A DNA stretch of 63,920 nucleotides, the filler included, from Octopus bimaculoides (lineage: Eukaryota): the NCBI RefSeq assembly GCF_001194135.2. It is 7 parts of 7 records of this genome, joined end to end, with 100 filler letters (N's around TTAATTAATTAA, not from the genome) between each part and the next. Parts side by side here need not be neighbours in the genome. Positions count along the whole stretch, not along the records: positions 24,531 to 49,854 come from NC_068988.1; positions 49,955 to 59,555 come from NC_068982.1; 5 more parts are not named here. One strand, given 5' to 3'. The position numbers and the translations under genes were made by a program. The number at the start of each line of letters is the position of its first letter. Position 1 is the stretch's first letter. The notes below the pieces were generated by a model, which made no database searches, was not told the origin of the DNA, and saw only the letters and a list, made by a program, of their open reading frames with translations. Below are positions 39,651 through 50,671 of the stretch, piece by piece.

Positions 39651-39825
39651 TCTTCTTCTTCTTCTTCTTCTTCTTCTTCTTCTCCCCTCCTCCTCCTCCT
39701 TCTCCTTCTTCTTCTTCTTCTTCTTCTTCTCCTCCTCCTTCTCCTCCTCCCCTCCTACTCCTCCTTCTTCTTCTTCTTCTTCTTCTTCTTCTTCTCCTTC
39801 TCCTTCTCCTCCTCCCCTCCTTCTC

Positions 39826-39860
<35 letters not shown>

Positions 39861-40392
39861 CGTTCTTCTTCTTCTTCTTCTCCTCCTCCTTCTCCTCCTC
39901 CCCTCCTACTCCTCCTTCTTCTTCTTCTTCTTCTTCTCCTTCTCCTNNNNNNNNNNNNNNNNNNNNNNNNNNNNNNNNNNNNNNNNNNNNNNNNNNNNNN
40001 NNNNNNNNNNNNNNNNNNNNNNNNNNNNNNNNNNNNNNNNNNNNNNNNNNNNNNNNNNNNNNNNNNNNNNNNNNNNNNNNNNNNNNNNNNNNNNNNNNNN
40101 NNNNNNNNNNNNNNNNNNNNNNNNNNNNNNNNNNNNNNNNNNNNNNNNNNNNNNNNNNNNNNNNNNNNNNNNNNNNNNNNNNNNNNNNNNNNNNNNNNNN
40201 NNNNNNNNNNNNNNNNNNNNNNNNNNNNNNNNNNNNNNNNNNNNNNNNNNNNNNNNNNNNNNNNNNNNNNNNNNNNNNNNNNNNNNNNNNNNNNNNNNNN
40301 NNNNNNNNNNNNNNNNNNNNCTTCTCCTCCTCCTCCCCTTCTTCTTCTTCTTCTTCTTCTTCTTCTTCTTCTCCTTCCTCTTCACCATAATG

Positions 40393-40423
<31 letters not shown>

Positions 40424-40461
40424 TTATTATTATCATCATCATTATTATTATTATTATTATG

Positions 40462-40518
<57 letters not shown>
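39651..40518 (+). repeat. (CTT)n/(CCT)n and (AAT)n/(ATT)n low-complexity tract with gap
   Basis: Direct reading. Confidence 0.95.
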
Positions 40519-40840
40519 GCTTGACTCCAGTATTGTAAAGAAAGAGGATGAAAACAAATAAAAAAAATACAAACCCTTAAAATTTGAAATTAGAAGAATT
40601 TTTGAATATGAAAACTGTAAAGTTTGTGCCTGTAATACTTGGTGCATTGGGAACAGTAATTAAAGACATTGACAAATGACTGAAGGAGATTAGAATAGAA
40701 TGCCCTGTAGAGCACTTACAAAGTTCTTGCTTCTTAGGAACAGAAAAGATTATCAGGAGGGTCTGAATCACTCAAAAGACCACATAGATCCTACCAGGAA
40801 TAAGATTAAACCTGAGTTAAATCACCAGTAATAATAATAA
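40519..40840 (+). mobile_element. R4/Dong-clade LINE 3' end (restriction-like endonuclease tail)
   Basis: DSSIVKKEDE..KKYKPLKFEIRRI, then MKTVKFVPVILGALGTVIKDIDK*LKEI..EHLQSSCFLGTEKIIRRV*; ends in (TAA)n. Confidence 0.8.
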
Positions 40841-40844
40841 AGAT

Positions 40845-41312
40845 TTAAAATTTTGGCACAAAGCCTGCATTTTGGGGGTGGGGAGAAAGTTAATTACATT
40901 GCCCCCAGTGCTCAACTGGTATTTATTTTATTGACCTGAAACAGTGGAAAGTGAAAGTCTATCCAAGTGGCATTTGAACTCAGAACATAAAGTTAGAAGA
41001 AATGGTGCCAAGCAATTTTTCCAGTAAAGGTAAAATTTCTGCCAGCTTATTGCCTTAATGATGATGATAATAATAAAAGTAATAATGATGATGACGATGA
41101 TGACGATGACGACGACGACGACGATGACGACGATGACGATGATATCAACCCCAGTGTGTAACTGGTACTTGTTTCATCAACTCCGTAAGGATGAAAGGCA
41201 AATTCGACCTCGGTGTAATTTGAACTCAGAATGGAAGGACAGACGAAATGCAGCTAAGGATTTTGCTTGGTGTGCTAATGATTCTCCAGCTGACTGCCTT
41301 ATTAAAATAATG

Positions 41313-41344
<32 letters not shown>

Positions 41345-41560
41345 TATAATAATAATCGTTTCTATTATAAGGATGAAACCAGAAATTTAGGGGAAGGGAT
41401 TTGTTGATTAAGTTGATCCTAATAGCTAAATGGAATCTTATATTATCCATCTTTTAAAGAGAAAAAACAAAATCAGCCTTGGCAGGATTTGAACTCAGAA
41501 TGTAAAGTGACTCAAATCAATACTGGAGAGCATTTTGTCAGATATTCTGATAATCAGGTG
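40845..41560 (-). mobile_element. Cluster of three SINE family A copies
   Basis: Copies at about 40845-41056, 41143-41300 and 41355-41560. Confidence 0.7.
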
Positions 41561-41620
41561 AATCTTCCTACTAAGAGCTTATCATATTAGGACAAGGACA
41601 GAAATTAGTCATGTGTTTAA

Positions 41621-42163
41621 CCCTTTAACATTCAGATTACACTGTCAATTGTAATGTATATTAATTAGGCAAAAGCACATGGCTCAGTGGTTAGAGTGCT
41701 GGGCTCACAATCATGAAGGAGTGAGTTCAATTCCCAGACTGGGCTGTGCTTTGTGTTCTTGAGCAAGACACTTTACTTCATGTTACTCCAGTTCACTCAA
41801 CTGTTGAAATGAGTTGCAACGTCACTGGTGACAAGCTGTATTGACCTTTACCTTTCCCTTGGATAACATCGGTGGCATGGAGAGGGGAGGCTGGTATGCA
41901 TGGGTGACTGCTGCTCTTCTAAACCTTGCTTAGACTTGTGCCTTGGAGGAATATACAATCCCATGGTCATTCATGACCAAAGGGGCACTTATTAATTAAT
42001 ATTGTTTTGAATTAATCATGCATTATTTCATACTTTTGAGATTTTGATGATGTGAATGTAGATGAACATTGTAGTGAAGGTGTGAGAGGCTGGATCTGGT
42101 CAGTTTAAATATAAGACATATAGAATATTTTGGCTGGGAATGGCCAGGTTGCATGCTAAAGGG
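41621..42163. mobile_element. piggyBac-type MITE with nested SINE
   Basis: TTAA|CCCTTTAACAT ... ATGCTAAAGGG|TTAA. Confidence 0.8.
41668..41989 (+). mobile_element. tRNA-derived SINE family E
   Basis: A box TGGCTCAGTGG, B box GAGTTCAATTCC; 9-bp TSD TATTAATTA at 41659-41667 and 41990-41998. Confidence 0.75.
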
Positions 42164-43050
42164 TTAATCCTGGCAGGTTGAAAATAAAATAATCTATAGT
42201 ATTTAGTACATTATTCTATTATTCTTGCAACCATTCTAACCATAACTATATAGCAAATTATTCAAACATAGACTATCCAGAATTTCATTTGCCAATGTAT
42301 TCTCCTTTGTTTAAAGATGGTAGAATATGATTTCAAGAAACATTTGGCTGTTATTTCAAGCAATTTTCATAAGCATGCAGAATATGTATTTTCTGGTAGT
42401 ACTGGTAACAATTGTGTTGTTGTCTGCCCTGATCAAATATAAATACTATAGTTCAGATTTCAGTATCACATATTTATTTAAAGTTACACTAATTATTGTG
42501 CCGTTAATTATTAAAGAGCATGAAGGATTTAAAAGGAGATTTGCCTACTTTTCAAGCAAAAGGGAGCAACATAGAGTTATTAGATGAGTAAGGGAAATGA
42601 AATCGAAGTTGAATCACAGATAATGCTTACAAGAATACAACCATCACAAAACATGCATTATAAGAGATCCTACAGTCAAAAGCATTGACATGTAAAATAT
42701 GCATAAATATATGCAAGTTGGTATGGGAATAAGACTCCACTAGAACACATATATATATGGCAACACTTTTGTGTTTAAAATCAAAGTATGAGTATGCATG
42801 TGTATGTACACACTTGCATATTTTAACAGAGAAGAAACACATTTATATATATAAAATATTATTGTTTTTTTAAATGCATAAAAAAAGAAAAAAATCTTCC
42901 ACATTACAACATCAAACGTAATTTTGAACATTAAACATCCCATTTATTCTGTTCAATGTTTTTACCCAATGACTAAGCTCCTCGACTTCGATATATATAC
43001 ATCTTTATATATGTGTAATGCATGTTATATAAGTGTGGGTGGATATACAC

Positions 43051-43096
<46 letters not shown>

Positions 43097-43902
43097 TCCA
43101 CACGCACAAACCCATATAAATACAAACACACTCACTCACACAGCCACATACATTCTATTTATATTAATGGGTCGGTGTTTATATATATATATATAAATAC
43201 AATATACATAGATCCTATTTATATTAATGTGTCAATGCGTATGAGTGTGCATGTATGCTCTGTGTGTGTGTGCTCGTGTGTGTGTGTGCTCGTGTGTGTG
43301 TGTGCTCGTGTGTGTGTGTGTGTATACACACATATATATATATATACATAATACACACACACTCACATATATATATCTATGTATGTATATATATATGTAT
43401 ATTTATATGTATATGTATATATATCTATATATATCTATATATATACATACATACATATATATATATATATNNNNNNNNNNNNNNNNNNNNNNNNNNNNNN
43501 NNNNNNNNNNNNNNNNNNNNNNNNNNNNNNNNNNNNNNNNNNNNNNNNNNNNNNNNNNNNNNNNNNNNNNNNNNNNNNNNNNNNNNNNNNNNNNNNNNNN
43601 NNNNNNNNNNNNNNNNNNNNNNNNNNNNNNNNNNNNNNNNNNNNNNNNNNNNNNNNNNNNNNNNNNNNNNNNNNNNNNNNNNNNNNNNNNNNNNNNNNNN
43701 NNNNNNNNNNNNNNNNNNNNNNNNNNNNNNNNNNNNNNNNNNNNNNNNNNNNNNNNNNNNNNNNNNNNNNNNNNNNNNNNNNNNNNNNNNNNNNNNNNNN
43801 NNNNNNNNNNNNNNNNNNNNNNNNNNNNNNNNNNNNNNNNNNNNNNNNNNNNNNNNNNNNNNNNNNNNNNNNNNNNNNNNNNNNNNNNNNNNNNNNNNNN
43901 NG

Positions 43903-43953
<51 letters not shown>

Positions 43954-44242
43954 TACAAATGTGTTTTAACATCACATTGACAAAGACTTCATTTTACATA
44001 CAACGATGATTCAAATTAGGATACTTCTTCTGAAATACCATTCATGGAACCAAAATTACAATTCCAAGTTTAAAATTCACAAAACGTTACAGAAATTCTT
44101 GAAGTCATCAACAGATGTCTGTAGCATTCTTCAAATAAACAACGTCCATCTTAATGCTTGTTGCTGTTGGTAGTTATTTTCCTTCAGATAAACTGATAGG
44201 AATGTAAGAGAGGTTTATTTATCTATCAGTTATTTTATATTA

Positions 44243-44457
44243 AGGTGGCGAGCTGGCAGAAACTTTAGCATGCCGGACGAAATGCTTAGCAGCATTTCAT
44301 CTATCTTTACATTTTAAGTTTAAATTCTGCCGAGGTTGACTTTGCTTTTTATCCTTTCAGAGTCGATAAATTAAATACCAGTTGCATAATGGGGTCGATC
44401 TAATCATCTGGCCTCCTCCCCACAAATTTCAGGCCTTGTGTCTAAAGTAGAAAATAT
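44243..44457 (+). mobile_element. SINE family A
   Basis: AAGGTGGCGAGCTGGCAGAA head through AAAGTAGAAAA tail. Confidence 0.85.
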
Positions 44458-44527
44458 TATTTATTTTATATTGCAACTGGTCAAACAAACAGCTTTCCTC
44501 AAATCAGTAACTGACATACTAGACTGT

Positions 44528-44744
44528 ACAGTTCTATATTTAAGAGATGAGGAATTATGTACATTATTTACATTCGATGGATATTTCTCCTCATCTTGTT
44601 TGTTGTTAACACAACGTTTCGGCTGATATACCCTCCAGCCTTCTTCAGGAAGTTGATGAAACAAGTACCAGTTACACACTGGGGTTGATATCTTGGGGAA
44701 ATTTCGAACCTGGGTTCTCATTCCTAAGGTATTTTTTGATGTTG

Positions 44745-44805
<61 letters not shown>

Positions 44806-44990
44806 AGTCACTGCCTGGAATAGAACTCGAAATCTTTGGTTTTGTAGCCTGTGCTCTTAACCACTACGCCATATCCCCAAGGTACCTGAAGAAGGCTGGA
44901 GGGCATATCAGCTGAAAAATTGTGTTAACAACAGACAAGATGATGACAAATATTTGTTGAATGTAAATAATGTAAATAATGTAAATAAAG
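44528..44990 (-). mobile_element. tRNA-headed hammerhead element with inverted 5' arm
   Basis: tRNA-like head 44878-44803, (AAT)n, hammerhead 44649-44608, tail to 44528; inverted arm 44875-44990; 10-bp TSD ACTAGACTGT at 44518-44527 and 44991-45000. Confidence 0.85.
44608..44649 (-). ncRNA. Minimal type I hammerhead, core intact, stem I broken by insertion
   Basis: CUGAAGA-A-GGCUG-GAGGGUAUAU-CAGCC-GAAACGUU-GUGUU; the partner GACAC is present in other copies (33153-33149, 52394-52398). Confidence 0.75.
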
Positions 44991-45214
44991 ACTAGACTGT
45001 TTTCTTACATTTCTGGCAGTGAAAATGTGAATGGACAGCCTGTAACTGAGTGCAGAACAAATATCACAATAACTTCATTCAAAGTCTGCTGCTAATTTTT
45101 TCCAGTCATGTTCATATCCTTTATTGATATACATATATGGAAGATACATGCATATATACACATACATGTAAATGCATACCTTCATAACATATTTCTTAAA
45201 TCCCCTAGCTGGTA

Positions 45215-45545
45215 ACTGGATTTGGGGGCGGCTCTCCTCTCAACCTATATGTTGTTGTTGGTGCTGCTGGATGATGGACTCTGGTGATGATGTCATTTCG
45301 CACTTTCTTGTTTATGGCACTGGCCTTAGCATGTTTGAGGTCGAGGTGCTTCAACTTCAAATCTTCCAAAGGAAATGTTCAGTCCTAACAGCGGCATTTG
45401 TGGGTTTCACAGATTTGGAGGTCAAGCCCCCAGATAAGCACCGATGCACAGGTTGTTGTTATCAAATTGAGCGTGAGTCAAGGGCAAAGTCACTACATGA
45501 CGGAATAGCAATTATTTTGTCTTAGCTTTCAACGCTTGTGCTGAA
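45215..45545 (-). mobile_element. Possible CRE-clade non-LTR retrotransposon C-terminal fragment
   Basis: Frameshifted IAIPS, DNNNLCIGAYLG, LQICETHKCRC and NDIITRV resemble the CRE zinc-knuckle region. Confidence 0.4.
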
Positions 45546-45605
45546 CACATGACATTTTTGCCTTACAATATGGAACATTTCCTTTCCTTTCACACTTTTT
45601 AAAAA

Positions 45606-45745
45606 ATGGCACTCCGTCGGTTACGATGACAAGGTTCTTGTTTATCTGATCAACTGAACAGTCTGCTCATAAAATTAATGCACAAGTGACTGAATACTCC
45701 ACAGAAATGCATACCATAACAGTTCTCAGGGAGATTCAGCCTCAC
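45606..45745 (-). mobile_element. SINE family C 3' fragment
   Basis: GGCACTCCGTCGGTTACGA end shared with 1060. Confidence 0.7.
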
Positions 45746-46336
45746 ACATCAATAGAATTTCATAAATAAAACTTTGGTCAATACAAAGTTATGGCAAAAG
45801 AGATGTTTCCAAACCATTGTGGTTGAATTGAAACCATATAGCTGTGGATTCTCTCTCCACACCATAGCAAATTCAGTTAATTTTAATTAAAATTTATGGG
45901 TTGTCTCCACAGCTTTTTCTTTTCTTTTTTTTTTTACTAGAATTAGTAATTTAGAAAGTGACTGTTCCCATTACTAAGAATGTAATTTTAATTAATTAAA
46001 AGGAATCGTTGTCTTACAACATCAATTAGGTTAGCCTCCACTTTACAATTAACACATAAACACACACAAACATATACATGCACACCTACACATGTGTACA
46101 CAAATAAAACATTTACACACACACATTTGTCTCTACAATGAGTTTTGTTGGCATATTACAGAAACTGAGCAAATCTATGACCAAGAACATTCCACTCATG
46201 CCCGTCTCTCTTTTGCTAAGTCAGTGCATCAAGAACTAATTTGTCCATTCAATTTTTTTGTTACTAAAGCTAATGAAGTGTATGAATCAAAAGTAATGTG
46301 GCTACTGTCTCTTGCATGTCAGATAACCATGTAGAA

Positions 46337-46500
46337 CAGTGGTTCTCAACCATTTTTCACCTTTGATGCCTCAGGTGGACTCTCATAACCATTCCATGTT
46401 TAAAGAATTCCATTATATTTTTATGATTAAATATTATTAGAAATGGTATAAAGATAGTGTTAAAATATTTTGTGCATTGTCGAAGTATAACATTTTTTAA
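46337..46500 (+). mobile_element. hAT (Charlie-like) terminal fragment
   Basis: Begins CAGTGGTTCTCAACC; no partner TIR found. Confidence 0.45.
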
Positions 46501-46589
46501 TTTTTTTTTTTATTTTATCTAGTTTCAGCTCATGAGCTGTGGCCATGCTGGGGCACCGCCATTTGGTGTTGCTACACAATTTTACTTCA

Positions 46590-46860
46590 TGAATTTTTCT
46601 TCAGGAATTGACACTTGGTGCATGAGAGAGTTTGATGCAGCTGCTCTTATCTGCACCTCCTGCCGTGAAGTTGGTCATCTGGGACACCTGACAGGAAGAG
46701 GTCCAGTCTCATCTTGAAGACACCTACATCCACTGCATGCAGGTCTCTCAGGTCCTTCGAGAGGATATTGAAGAGCTGTGGACCTCTGAAGCCCAGGCTA
46801 TTGCAGTATCTTGTCCTACATCTTGATGTGAACATTTCCAAACAACTGCTGGGATGTTTT
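46590..46860 (-). mobile_element. CR1/L2-group LINE ORF2 C-terminal fragment
   Basis: YCNSLGFRGPQLFNILSKDLRDLHAVDVGVFKMRLDLFLSGVPD. Confidence 0.7.
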
Positions 46861-46869
46861 GAAGATGCC

Positions 46870-47440
46870 TGCTTTTGCCATCGAATTGTAACAGCGAATA
46901 AAATATGGACCTATTTTTATAATCTTAATAAGAGAAATCAGTGGCTTTGTTCCAGCCAGGATTCAGAACCTGTTGTAAAACAAGGGTGATTTGAATAAAA
47001 GTCCATGTTGTGTGCTTGGTGGAATTTTGAGAAGTGATATACTTTGATATGGTCCAGATGGTCATTCTGTGAACCCTAACCTACATGCTTAACAACTACA
47101 GCAAGTATATGATATTTTAAGCCTACTAATCAGCATTGGTTAATCAAAGATATGCACCAAAACAACATGATAATATCCCAAGCATAAACTTGAGGAACAA
47201 GAGAGGCTGAAAATGCTGTCACCCTGTTTTCAGTTCAGACCTTGCACCGTCATAGTATTGCATTTTCCAAACATTAGTTCATTTCTAGCTGATGGAGGTC
47301 CAACAATGTAGATAAGATTGAAAACGAATGTAGGAAGTTATTTTGCCTCTAAACCAACCAAATTGTGTAAGCATGGATTTGAGCTTTTTGCACAACAATA
47401 ACAACGGACAATAGAATATGAAGGAATATATTTTGCTTAA
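46870..47440 (+). mobile_element. Decayed mariner transposase catalytic domain
   Basis: FCHRIVTANKIW, MLCAWWNF, HDN, SDLAPS and terminal RTIEYEGIYFA* motifs with many lesions. Confidence 0.82.
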
Positions 47441-47560
47441 TAAACTCTTTCTCTATATCATTTGTCTGAACTTTTAATTAAAGCTTGAAATAGGAAATTC
47501 TTTTTACTCAACATGATATATATATATAAATACATGTATATATATGCATATCTATATCTG

Positions 47561-47621
<61 letters not shown>

Positions 47622-48878
47622 GTTTATTTATATATATATATNNNNNNNNNNNNNNNNNNNNNNNNNNNNNNNNNNNNNNNNNNNNNNNNNNNNNNNNNNN
47701 NNNNNNNNNNNNNNNNNNNNNNNNNNNNNNNNNNNNNNNNNNNNNNNNNNNNNNNNNNNNNNNNNNNNNNNNNNNNNNNNNNNNNNNNNTATATATATAG
47801 TTTTACTCTCACATGTATGTATAAATATGTATATATGTTTGTACAAATGTATATGTGTCTTTGCAGTGCATGAGTGTGTATGTTTGTGTCTTCCTTATGT
47901 CTTCACAGTCGCATGTTGATTGGAAACAAGGTCACTCTTTAAGGAAATGACGTTGGTTCAAATCTGCTACAAAAATATTCCTGGTTATTGAGTTGTTCAT
48001 TGCTCAAAGATGTTGGGGAAACATTAATTCACTTGGAAGTGAGTGAAGTTTAATGACAGGAGGAGCACCTAGTCATATAGTATATGTTTCAATAAAGTTC
48101 ACCTGAACAATATCAGCATAGTAAAAGGGATGATGATGATGATGACAACAATGACAACGACGACGATGATGGCACAGTTACAAGGATGCTGATGATGATG
48201 AGGAGGAGGAGGAAGAGGAAGAGAAAGAGGAGGAAGATGACGATGGTACTGATGAGAAGGAATGGTAGGAGCTTTATGCTACAAATTTTCAGTACCTTGG
48301 AGGACTGATTTAAGAAATCTCTGATGAATGGTAAGAATGATAAACCTAGTCGAATTGATCCTCACCTAAATTTGCTGAAAGCTCTGCAGTTTAACTATGG
48401 GGTTAATTTTGCAGCAATATTAAATATAAGTTCATTACACATACAGATAAATCATTTTGTACGTATTTATTTATAAGCCATACTGTATTGGCAATCTAGN
48501 NNNNNNNNNNNNNNNNNNNNNNNNNNNNNNNNNNNNNNNNNNNNNNNNNNNNNNNNNNNNNNNNNNNNNNNNNNNNNNNNNNNNNNNNNNNNNNNNNNNN
48601 NNNNNNNNNNNNNNNNNNNNNNNNNNNNNNNNNNNNNNNNNNNNNNNNNNNNNNNNNNNNNNNNNNNNNNNNNNNNNNNNNNNNNNNNNNNNNNNNNNNN
48701 NNNNNNNNNNNNNNNNNNNNNNNNNNNNNNNNNNNNNNNNNNNNNNNNNNNNNNNNNNNNNNNNNNNNNNNNNNNNNNNNNNNNNNNNNNNNNNNNNNNN
48801 NNNNNNNNNNNNNNNNNNNNNNNNNNNNNNNNNNNNNNNNNNNNNNNNNNNNNNNNNNNNNNNNNNNNNNNNNNNNNN

Positions 48879-48917
<39 letters not shown>

Positions 48918-49639
48918 AACACATATATATGTGTGTGTATGTATATGTATATATAGGCACACACACACATATATTATTGATGAATATTAGCATAGTTCTT
49001 TTTGATGAAAGTATTCTAAATACAAGAGAACATTTTTCCATGATATAAAGACAGCTAGTATATTAATTCACTGACTGAAAATAGATAGATATTTAAAAAG
49101 GGGAAATATATGTATATATACAATAAAAAAAAAAATGAAAATATATGAAATATATATAAACAAAAAACAAGACAAGCTTCATGAAAGAGACACTGCTGCT
49201 TCAGTAGATTATAGATTATATATTATATCATCCATGAAAACAAGAACAACAAGCTGTTTTCAACCAACTTGATTTCTTGGATAAGTTATAATCATACAGA
49301 TTTTGAACTATCAGAGAATTGTGTTTGTCTATGGAAGAAGAAAACATGAATTAACTATAAACCACAACATTTAGCAATGTAATCAAAAGTGTTGCCAGTA
49401 AACTGTAAATGATGGCACGCTCTCTTCAGAAGTCTGTTAGATATTTGGTAAGTTAGTGTTGTTAGTAGAGTAAATAACACGAAATGAAAATAAAGGAAAA
49501 TGACAGAACCAATGATGAATCCTCCAGATAGTCACTCAACCTGTTAGAAATAACAGCTAAATTGTACTCTTGTCATATTTTTTCTTTTAAAATAGGATAG
49601 ATATGTTGAATAACATATATGTATGTATATATGCATACG

Positions 49640-49846
49640 CACATGCTCTCACAGACCCAGCCACTACACATTCTTTTTTTCTCTCCTGTGTTTCTCCTTG
49701 TTTCTTTCTGTGGAAGATCATAGGCTCGAAACGTTAAAGACTTTTTCACTTCCCGAGCATTATACTAATACATCCGTTTGTTGCCTATAGCCCCTGTTTT
49801 TGTCTTTTGTTGTTTTTTCTTTTGTGAATTCTCCCTATATATATAT
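49640..49846 (+). repeat. Repeat family F with hammerhead-like motif
   Basis: Homologous to 23668-23880(-); CTTT-CTGTGGA-A-GATCATAGGCTC-GAAACGTT-AAAG at about 49704-49739. Confidence 0.7.
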
Positions 49847-49898
49847 ATATATATNNNNNNNNNNNNNNNNNNNNNNNNNNNNNNNNNNNNNNNNNNNN

Positions 49899-49910
49899 TT
49901 AATTAATTAA
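49899..49910. other. Artificial TTAATTAATTAA linker
   Basis: 44 N + 12-mer + N run. Confidence 0.95.
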
Positions 49911-49954
49911 NNNNNNNNNNNNNNNNNNNNNNNNNNNNNNNNNNNNNNNNNNNN

Positions 49955-50026
<72 letters not shown>

Positions 50027-50223
50027 TTATACAGGGCTTAAGAAATATGCATTACAATTTAAATTTCATCAAAATCCCTATCTGAACTCCCGGTGACTTC
50101 AAACCTTAATGGGTCTCCATTTCCGAGACGTCATTCCACATGGCAGCGCCCTTGTGATTTCATCTGATAGTCTTGTGTTTATGGAACAAGGTTCATGAGC
50201 TTTCGTGTATTGTAGCTTCTGTC

Positions 50224-50436
50224 TTTCTTTTACTTGTTTCAGTCATTAGACTGCGGTCATGCTAGGGCACCGCCTTAAAGAATGTTTAGTTGAATGAGTC
50301 GACCCCAGTAATTTTATTTTCAAGCCTGGTACTTATTCTATCGGGTATTATTGCTGAACCGCTAAGTTACGGGACGTAAAAACTCCAACACCAGTTGTTA
50401 AGCGGTGGTGAGGGACAAACACAGGTACAAACAGTT

Positions 50437-50483
<47 letters not shown>

Positions 50484-50671
50484 TACACACACAACATACA
50501 TGTATATATGACGGGATTAATTCAGTTTCCATCTAATAAATCACTCGCAAGATTTGGGTCGGCCCGAAGCAATAGTAGAAGACACTTGCCCAAGGTGCCA
50601 GGTAGTGGAACGGAACCTGCAACCATGTGGTTGGGAAACAAGCTTCTTACCACCTAACCACGTCTGCGCCT
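50224..50671 (-). mobile_element. SINE family B, full length
   Basis: All family blocks present. Confidence 0.85.

Larger units (their letters stand above)
37564..39658 (+). mobile_element. 5'-truncated Penelope-like element with inverted 5' pLTR
   Basis: WFIDDVFFAW, SVEFLNI, YLHHHSNHP...KSQFLRIKRIC, IPLVINWN, then GIY-YIG LVYA...IYVGCTREKLNKRFNRQRYD and ELAEYF...KVHIL...EDNYICEL...GMNK; 37564-37752 is the reverse complement of 39470-39658. Confidence 0.9.

Noticed and set aside
44803-44878. Standalone tRNA gene
   Set aside because: No closing acceptor stem, and it is a repeated part of a mobile element; the same applies to the other SINE heads.
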